Below the pieces are notes generated by a model, which searched no databases, was not told the DNA's origin, and was given only the letters and a program-made list of their open reading frames with translations. The translations under genes were made by a program, and so were the position numbers. Of a stretch of 64,000 nt of DNA, positions 57,694 to 64,000 are shown one piece after another; positions within the stretch are counted from its first letter, which is position 1; each line of letters begins with the position of its first letter. Source of the stretch: an uncultured virus (IMG/VR IMGVR_UViG_3300040801_004110) (Duplodnaviria; Heunggongvirae; Uroviricota; Caudoviricetes); IMG/VR virus record IMGVR_UViG_3300040801_004110; one strand, written 5' to 3'.

Positions 57694-58491
57694 TTAACTA
57701 AGTTCTTTTATTCTTAATAATTTTGTCTCTTTTATAACCTCTCCACCATTGTTACACCATTCATTGTGTTTTACAGTTGCTTTAACTTTGATGGTATCAC
57801 CTTTATCAAAATCAAAGCACTTACTCCCCATATATTTTAGAAAGTTTTTGTCACTGTCACAGAAGGTGTATATGTAACACGTTCCGTATGTTCCTTCAAA
57901 AGATCCCTTAGAAAGTACTTTAAGATTAAAGTCTAACCTTTTTTTATCTTCAAAATGGAATCCCTTATTTAAGGAGTTTAAGAAATCTTCTTCTTTTTTT
58001 CTATTAAGCAAATAGTCATACTTTTCACTACTCACAATATCATAGTGGTCATTTATCTTTTCAGCATAAGGGGACTTTTTATACCCATTGCTCAAAAGTT
58101 TTTTAATAATAACTTGACCACGATCAGAATGTACGCCTATTTCAGATTGTAAAGACCAGTGTAAGTATTCCATATCATCGATATCAGCAATAAGCTCACC
58201 ACTATATTTGCCAAAGTTCATTTCCTCATCTTTGTAAACATCATGTCTTTTCACAGAATCCCAACTACTGTTTCTTCCAAAAAGATCTGTGTCTGGCTCA
58301 GGTGCTTTCTTTCCAGTTAATTCAGTAAACCGTGCCATTGCTTTATCTTTATCAATTGATAGGTTCTGTAAATAACAATAATGTATAGTTGTGGACTGCA
58401 ATTTGGAATGTCCATTTACTTGTATGTAGTTATCACTAGAGGAAACATCCCATAGTGTGTAATACTTATTAGAGAATCCGATACTTAGCAC
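57694..58491 (-). CDS. Protein with FGKY.G (DUF3820-like) motif and probable C-terminal OB fold
   Basis: MNFGKYSGELIADIDDMEYLHW; GDTIKVKATVKH. Confidence 0.6.
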   Translation of the reverse strand: MLSIGFSNKYYTLWDVSSSDNYIQVNGHSKLQSTTIHYCYLQNLSIDKDKAMARFTELTGKKAPEPDTDLFGRNSSWDSVKRHDVYKDEEMNFGKYSGELIADIDDMEYLHWSLQSEIGVHSDRGQVIIKKLLSNGYKKSPYAEKINDHYDIVSSEKYDYLLNRKKEEDFLNSLNKGFHFEDKKRLDFNLKVLSKGSFEGTYGTCYIYTFCDSDKNFLKYMGSKCFDFDKGDTIKVKATVKHNEWCNNGGEVIKETKLLRIKELS

Positions 58492-58574
58492 AATAATAGT
58501 TTTTTAGTTCACTACAAATATAAAATAAACAAATGAATTAAAATGTTAAAATAAATATTATTTTATTATATTAT

Positions 58575-59084
58575 TTATATTTCTTTAATTGCCTCTTCTA
58601 TACCTCTGTTTAAAACTTCTCTGTGGTCAAAACACGATAGCCTAGTTTCTACTGGTTTTATCTGCTTTATTATTGTTGATCCATCTTCTTCTTTGCCACA
58701 TTTTTTCTTTAGTATACACATGAATCCAATGCCGTCCCCCCAGAGTGTGACTTCGATAAAAATTCCCTTTTCGTCCCAAAAATAATTTACAATATCATTT
58801 AATCTTATTGCAGAGAAATGTTTCGCATCATTATCTGATTTATCTACACCTTTTATATTATTAACCATATAACCATCATACAAATGTATGTCACCTTTGT
58901 TATATCTTAATTCTTCATCAAACTCATCAGTGTAACTGGATAACATTTCCATATAATAAAAATCACTTGGGATTTGGATATTTTTTTCTTTGATTAATTT
59001 AGCTACCTCAAATGAAACTAATTTTTTATATGTTTCCTCACTCACAGTGCTAAACTTAATATCACTATATTTTGTTCTTACCAT
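58575..59084 (-). CDS. Hypothetical phage protein
   Basis: VSFEVAKLIKEK motif; promoter at 59102-59136. Confidence 0.7.
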   Translation of the reverse strand: MVRTKYSDIKFSTVSEETYKKLVSFEVAKLIKEKNIQIPSDFYYMEMLSSYTDEFDEELRYNKGDIHLYDGYMVNNIKGVDKSDNDAKHFSAIRLNDIVNYFWDEKGIFIEVTLWGDGIGFMCILKKKCGKEEDGSTIIKQIKPVETRLSCFDHREVLNRGIEEAIKEI

Positions 59085-59147
59085 AATTAATTATTTTATT
59101 GCAAATATAAGTCAAAGCAATTAATTAAAGTGTTAAAATAAAAAATT

Positions 59148-59855
59148 CTACTGTATATTCTTTATAGATTTAGTATAATAGTGTTCTTCCTTTTCTATGC
59201 CTATATACTTCCTATTTAATTTTTTACAAACTAAACCAGTAGTCCCATACCCAAAGAAGCAATCTAAGACAACATCACTTACAGATGTAAATTTACTTAT
59301 AAAATGTTCAGCAACTTCTTCTTTCATAACCGCTTTGTGATCTTTGGGCATCTTTGAATTGACAGAAGTGGTAATAATGTTTTTCGTATATGTTGTATTT
59401 GATTTTAGACTACAATTACCTAATATTATAAAGTACTCTACTGCATTGGTGACACTCTTACCACTTGCTGGCATGGGATTAGACTTTTCCCATATATGTA
59501 TATCCACTATACTTTTATCAAACATACCAATAAGGTTATATACGTCTTTCCTATTATAATAATTAGCTTGGACGTTATAGAAAACATGCTTTTTAGATAT
59601 TCTTAATAGTTCATTTATAACATCCATATTAAGCTGTAGCCAATTCTCATTTATATCTTTAAACTGTTTATACTTATCATTTCGTTTACGATTATATGGT
59701 GGGCTAGTAAAAGAATAATCTACACTATTAGTATCCATGAGAGGTAATATACTCATACAATCTCCATTAATAATACTTCCATTTACATCAGTGGAGTTAG
59801 TATTAGATTCTAATATGTCTTTGAAATTATTACTTTGTAGGCACATGCTATTCAT
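59148..59855 (-). CDS. DNA methyltransferase, probably N4-cytosine (beta class)
   Basis: GDCM, TSPPYN, HKAVM, VLDCFFGYGTT, YIGIE. Confidence 0.88.
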   Translation of the reverse strand: MNSMCLQSNNFKDILESNTNSTDVNGSIINGDCMSILPLMDTNSVDYSFTSPPYNRKRNDKYKQFKDINENWLQLNMDVINELLRISKKHVFYNVQANYYNRKDVYNLIGMFDKSIVDIHIWEKSNPMPASGKSVTNAVEYFIILGNCSLKSNTTYTKNIITTSVNSKMPKDHKAVMKEEVAEHFISKFTSVSDVVLDCFFGYGTTGLVCKKLNRKYIGIEKEEHYYTKSIKNIQ

Positions 59856-59906
59856 TTATGACTTTTATATGTAAATATAAAATTAAGTTTAATGAACACA
59901 TGGGTT

Positions 59907-60584
59907 TTATTTCTTTATTTCTTCTGCAAGACAAACATCTCCATATTCATCAATTAGTTTTTGCATATCATCAAATGATATATAAGCGAATCCTTTATTG
60001 CCCCAATTTCTACCCCAAGAATTTTTAATTCTGAACATTCTTTTTTCAGTGTTAACACCATTAACAACATAAGCATGACCTCCTAACCTACTTCCTCTTG
60101 GTTTTATAATTCCTTTATCATCTGGAAAAGACATTTCTGAATACCAAGTTGTCCCAACTAAGACAGGGGCGGTAGTTAGTATAGCTAGTGCCATTGTCTC
60201 TACATCCTTTGTCCAATTATATGCTCTAATATAACCCTCCTCTACTAAGACCTTAGCCCCTGATCTAACAGAAGTATCGTCATAATCAGAACCCCTCCAC
60301 TTATCTACTTTCTTACACCTTTCATAAAATACAGTAGGATCGATAATGGGTGGGTCTATTTTGCTTTGTGTTATGCTCCCATCTTCTAGCCAGTGAAGCC
60401 AAGAATAAGATATGGACTCAGGTTTATCACCTTGGTCACCCCACCATCCATTAGACCAGTAATACTTGAAATGTCTATCAGTGCTTTTATCTTTAAGCAA
60501 ATCTTTTATTGAGTGTTCCTTATCTTTTTCATCTGGTATATAAGTTCTACCTAGCCTTTTTTTAATAGCTGTCTTTTTGTCCAT
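59907..60584 (-). CDS. Papain-like (C1) peptidase fold with Ser at the nucleophile position
   Basis: DQG..PESISYSW, GGHAY, KNSWGRNWG; TAATATATA at 60605. Confidence 0.8.
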   Translation of the reverse strand: MDKKTAIKKRLGRTYIPDEKDKEHSIKDLLKDKSTDRHFKYYWSNGWWGDQGDKPESISYSWLHWLEDGSITQSKIDPPIIDPTVFYERCKKVDKWRGSDYDDTSVRSGAKVLVEEGYIRAYNWTKDVETMALAILTTAPVLVGTTWYSEMSFPDDKGIIKPRGSRLGGHAYVVNGVNTEKRMFRIKNSWGRNWGNKGFAYISFDDMQKLIDEYGDVCLAEEIKK

Positions 60585-60875
60585 ATAACAATATTAATTT
60601 TCTGTATATATTAAAAATAATTCATATATTTGCAAAATGGAAAAAGAAAAAATATATATATCGTATTTGATATCAAACATAGAAAAATTTGACACTAAAC
60701 ATCTTTTGATGTATTTGGATAGTGAAATATCTTTTTGTGAAATGACCGACCTTATAGATAAAAGCAATTCATATATCACCAGTTACGAGAAGTTCTTAAA
60801 AAAAGATATCTGCTAATAATACGATAAATTAAATTATCATATTTTTAGCAGATATCTATTTGTTTAAATATGTTA

Positions 60876-61382
60876 TTATTCAGCTACCTCGAAATACATC
60901 TTAGGTTCTGATGTCACATTATATATGTAATCACCACACTTTACAAGCAGTGCATTGTTCCCATAGTACTTGCTTCTCATACCTTCTACACTACCTGATG
61001 TGGAAAAACTAGGAAACCCTTTTAATACTTCACACTCATCTTCATCTAGCTCTTTAACAGGGTATTTTTTGCCTTTCAATTCAAAATCGTAACCATATTT
61101 TTCTTTGGCTTCTTCCCATCTTGGTGCTAGCTCTTCGTTTACTAAACTTTCATTAGATCCGAGTGATGCCTGTAAAGCACCTACCATAGCTCCATAATCT
61201 TTAACATACTTAGAAGTTAAACCATTAACTGTTGCTTGTGCTTTTTTAGGATCAAAATCTTCTCCAAAAGCTTTCTTAAGAACGGTAAAAGCATATTCTT
61301 TGAATTCTACATTTGAAGTTATTTCGTCATTCTTATCTTTTTTTGATTCGAAAAAAGATTTAAAGTTTTTTATATTTTTCAT
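60876..61382 (-). CDS. CTS-like leader protein, two modules
   Basis: MKNIKNFKSFFE; internal SLVNE; TAATATATA upstream. Confidence 0.75.
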   Translation of the reverse strand: MKNIKNFKSFFESKKDKNDEITSNVEFKEYAFTVLKKAFGEDFDPKKAQATVNGLTSKYVKDYGAMVGALQASLGSNESLVNEELAPRWEEAKEKYGYDFELKGKKYPVKELDEDECEVLKGFPSFSTSGSVEGMRSKYYGNNALLVKCGDYIYNVTSEPKMYFEVAE

Positions 61383-61415
61383 ATTATTATGTTATTTTTA
61401 TTATATATTATTTTT

Positions 61416-62303
61416 TCAGAACCATTTTAATGGTCTCATATTTTTTAACTTCCACTTCCCATTATCTTCTAGGGTAAAGTCAAATACATATGGATCAAAT
61501 TTTTCGATATATCCATCAAATTTTTTAGCTTTAATATCCTTTTTTAATCGTTCTATATTATTTCCATCTATTTCTAAAAAAACAATATTTTTTAGACTAA
61601 CTTCCACATTACCTATTACAATATCTTTGTATATTATTTTTCCACTTAAGTCTATTATAGAGTCGTGATATGAGTATTTTCTTCCACCTGGTATTCTTCC
61701 TCTATACATAACTACTTTTTTAGTCTCTATTTTCTTTATAGGATGGTTTATTAGGAAATTTACGAACTTATCATTTGATTCTATCTTAGATCCATCTTGT
61801 ACTAGTAAGTCTATCCCCTCTTTTTCTAACCTAGTTTTTACATCCTTTATAATATCTGGTAAAGTCCCATTTCTAGTCCCTAATGTTGTGAGGTAATTAG
61901 ATACTTTGCCACCACTCCAAGGATACACCATTAATGATTCAACTCGTGATTTTATTAAAACAACGTGCTTTATATATTTTCTTGCGTTTTGTATTATGGG
62001 GGTTTTTATTTGCTCTTCACGCTCATCAAAACCTTCGCCATTCCTTGAAAAATACCTAAATGGATTTATTTTATAATGGTTAGATAGTTTTTCTCCATCT
62101 AATACTAGCTTAAATATAGATGTGGGTGTGTCCCCTAAATAACTATTAAACATTTTATCCCTAGAAGTAGATATCCTACCACCACCACCTTTATATGACC
62201 TTATAGTATTACTTTGTAGAACAAATTTAAGTTTTTCATAATCTAGAACATGATACAAATCGCCTATGTGTTTACCTTCGTTAATACTTTTTAAATACTT
62301 CAT
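61416..62303 (-). CDS. CTS-like leader protein, possibly ART-like
   Basis: MKYLKSINE; LYH, ISTSRD, ExEE. Confidence 0.65.
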   Translation of the reverse strand: MKYLKSINEGKHIGDLYHVLDYEKLKFVLQSNTIRSYKGGGGRISTSRDKMFNSYLGDTPTSIFKLVLDGEKLSNHYKINPFRYFSRNGEGFDEREEQIKTPIIQNARKYIKHVVLIKSRVESLMVYPWSGGKVSNYLTTLGTRNGTLPDIIKDVKTRLEKEGIDLLVQDGSKIESNDKFVNFLINHPIKKIETKKVVMYRGRIPGGRKYSYHDSIIDLSGKIIYKDIVIGNVEVSLKNIVFLEIDGNNIERLKKDIKAKKFDGYIEKFDPYVFDFTLEDNGKWKLKNMRPLKWF

Positions 62304-62304
62304 A

Positions 62305-63066
62305 TTATCTCATGTTTTTACCTAGTATGTCCTCTTTGTACATCTTTCTTTTAACTTCCTTTTTCCAAGCATTATAATCATGATTATTCATTTTTTTCTT
62401 AATACTTGATAATGATGGATTTAAATATAACATATCCTCAAATGATAAATCATCCCAAATATCTTCGTTGTCAAGTTTTAACTGGTATATGTTTTGAATT
62501 ATTGCATATATTTCAAAGTATAGGCTATTAACATTATCATGTTTAGCTTTCTTAAGTTTCTTTCTAACAGTTCTGTCTTTTAACATTTTAGTTATATGAC
62601 TATTATTCATAGTATCATCGAGCCAATGGGCTAGCTCATGCCTTATGGATGATTTTATTCTGGTTGGCGAAAATTCTAATTTTATCTGTGGGTGTTCCTC
62701 AGTTGCTTTAATTACACTTCCATTTTTATATTTGTTAGTAAAATCAATCGCACTTTTGCTAACTTTAACTGAAATAGTAGATTTGGATGTATGTGAAAAA
62801 ATTTTTGGTCTATAATAGTTTCCATTTGATGTACCACCATAATCATTCAAGTGAATATAACAAGGATTTAACATATGTGCTTCTTTACACTTATTTGACT
62901 TTAGTTCACTTGAATAAATAATTTTCTTCGCAAACATCCCATCTCTTATCTCACCCGTTTTCATTACTTCCTCAATATCTTCTTTGAAAAAGGAGTATAA
63001 AAAATTAACATCTATATCTATATCATAATGTATTTTCTCTGTGATAAATTCATTAAATTTTAACAT
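62305..63066 (-). CDS. CTS-like leader protein, HExxH metallopeptidase-like
   Basis: MLKFNEFITE; IRHELAHWLD..EIYA; TAATATATA at 63084. Confidence 0.7.
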   Translation of the reverse strand: MLKFNEFITEKIHYDIDIDVNFLYSFFKEDIEEVMKTGEIRDGMFAKKIIYSSELKSNKCKEAHMLNPCYIHLNDYGGTSNGNYYRPKIFSHTSKSTISVKVSKSAIDFTNKYKNGSVIKATEEHPQIKLEFSPTRIKSSIRHELAHWLDDTMNNSHITKMLKDRTVRKKLKKAKHDNVNSLYFEIYAIIQNIYQLKLDNEDIWDDLSFEDMLYLNPSLSSIKKKMNNHDYNAWKKEVKRKMYKEDILGKNMR

Positions 63067-63109
63067 TTAAATTATTTTTATTGTATATATTAAAATATAG
63101 TATTACTTT

Positions 63110-63352
63110 TTGAATATGGGAAATTTCGAATATATAAAATTAATAAAAAAAGATATAGATAAAATGTCTGTGGGTGAAGTAATAGACTATATTTATTACT
63201 GTAGTAAATCATCTCCACGTGAATATCTAATAACACATTCAACAGATTCGGGCATAAGGGATATAGCAAAAAACGAAAGGCATCTTAGATGTGAAAAAGA
63301 TGCCCTTATATTAAAATTACATAGACTAGATAAACTAAGCCAGATTATCTAA
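63110..63352 (+). CDS. C-terminal RxxKL-tag protein
   Basis: Ends HRLDKLSQII. Confidence 0.65.
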   Translation: MNMGNFEYIKLIKKDIDKMSVGEVIDYIYYCSKSSPREYLITHSTDSGIRDIAKNERHLRCEKDALILKLHRLDKLSQII

Positions 63353-63827
63353 GCCTATCTATTAGATGCTTTCTCACCTCATCAGGTAAATCGCTAACTT
63401 CTATTTCTTCACCCAAATGACCACCTTCTTCAACTGCTCCTAAATATTGAGAAAACCCTTGAGGATGTGTTGGGTTGTGGCTAAATCCAAGAGCTTCCCC
63501 ATCTTTAAAAATAACAGTATATCTATCAAATGTTTCACCACCATTGTCCCACACTGAAGAAACTAAATCCAGTACATCTTCATCTTTATCATTTATTATA
63601 ACTTCTTCAATAGTTTGCATATTATCTTGTGGACCTATTCCAACATTAACTTTTGTCCCAACTTTAAAATAATCACGTATTTCTTCATCGGTTAAGTGTT
63701 TAGCTACTGATGTGTTTACAACATCACCATTCTCATATTTTACTGTAACTGATCTCATGTTATTTTCGTTTACCACATTTAAGTTTTCGTTTATAAATTC
63801 ATTAAAAGTTCTTTTTATGTTTGACAT
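63345..63827 (-). CDS. CTS-like leader protein, two modules
   Basis: MSNIKRTFNEFINE; DNGGETFDRYTV. Confidence 0.75.
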   Translation of the reverse strand: MSNIKRTFNEFINENLNVVNENNMRSVTVKYENGDVVNTSVAKHLTDEEIRDYFKVGTKVNVGIGPQDNMQTIEEVIINDKDEDVLDLVSSVWDNGGETFDRYTVIFKDGEALGFSHNPTHPQGFSQYLGAVEEGGHLGEEIEVSDLPDEVRKHLIDRLR

Positions 63828-63850
63828 ATTAGTTTATTTTTTTTTATATG

Positions 63851-64000
63851 TTATATATTATTTTCAGATTCTTTATTTTCTTTTTCGAACTCGTTATTAA
63901 ACATTGTCCAGTCTTTATAGAGTCTGTTTTTAATCCTTTTTTTCATTTTATTACTTAGGTATTCCCATGAAGTGAAATTTAGTAAGAAATCATCTAAAAC
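63851..64000 (-). CDS. Partial hypothetical protein (5' end outside window)
   Basis: Open frame VLDDFLL...ENNI* ending at 63851. Confidence 0.55.
   Translation of the reverse strand, partial: VLDDFLLNFTSWEYLSNKMKKRIKNRLYKDWTMFNNEFEKENKESENNI

Noticed and set aside
3451..63900. Many short antisense or nested ORFs in the track (e.g. 6600, 7038, 31058, 36952, 41587, 53201, 61300)
   Set aside because: Shadow frames of better-supported genes, with atypical Ser/Leu/Phe-rich composition and no promoter or family motif.
1..64000. Stop-codon reassignment as in some jumbo phages
   Set aside because: Code 11 gives dense, intact ORFs, and TAG and TGA both end genes right after conserved C-terminal tags or before the next start.

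Overview
AT-rich, gene-dense window that looks like the accessory region of a large (jumbo-type, probably T4-superfamily-like) phage infecting Bacteroidota. Evidence: about 150 short ORFs in standard code 11, dozens of Bacteroidota-type TAnnTTTG promoters, A-rich leaders without Shine-Dalgarno sequences, and no host housekeeping or core structural genes. Two mutually exclusive peptide tags organise much of the window. (A) 22 unrelated proteins start with an MKHIKxF(E/N)xF..(I/L)xE leader resembling the T4 capsid-targeting sequence, and most are transcribed from a separate (T/A)ATATATA promoter. They include ADP-ribosyltransferase-like proteins, two kinases, a GNAT and HExxH peptidases, and are putative virion-packaged, injected effectors. 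(B) About 50 small proteins carry the same helix, Y-K-x-x-x-R-x-x-K-L-x-x-I-L ('RxxKL tag'), at either the N- or the C-terminus, mostly in units with host-type promoters. Also present: two MORC/GHKL ATPases, two DNA methyltransferases, an ATP-grasp enzyme, a thermonuclease, a papain-like protein with Cys replaced by Ser, and tandem LHREDGPA-repeat gene arrays. Non-coding features include a dispersed intergenic repeat whose 24-bp core occurs in both orientations, two candidate structured ncRNAs, a TTAACA-N21-TAnnTTTG promoter subclass, and a repeat-rich locus with a strand-skew flip at 42.5-44.3 kb (candidate replication origin). All functional calls come from motif recognition by eye; no searches were run. 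Some starts were moved downstream of the ORF track where the track start lies in a promoter or overlaps the upstream gene.
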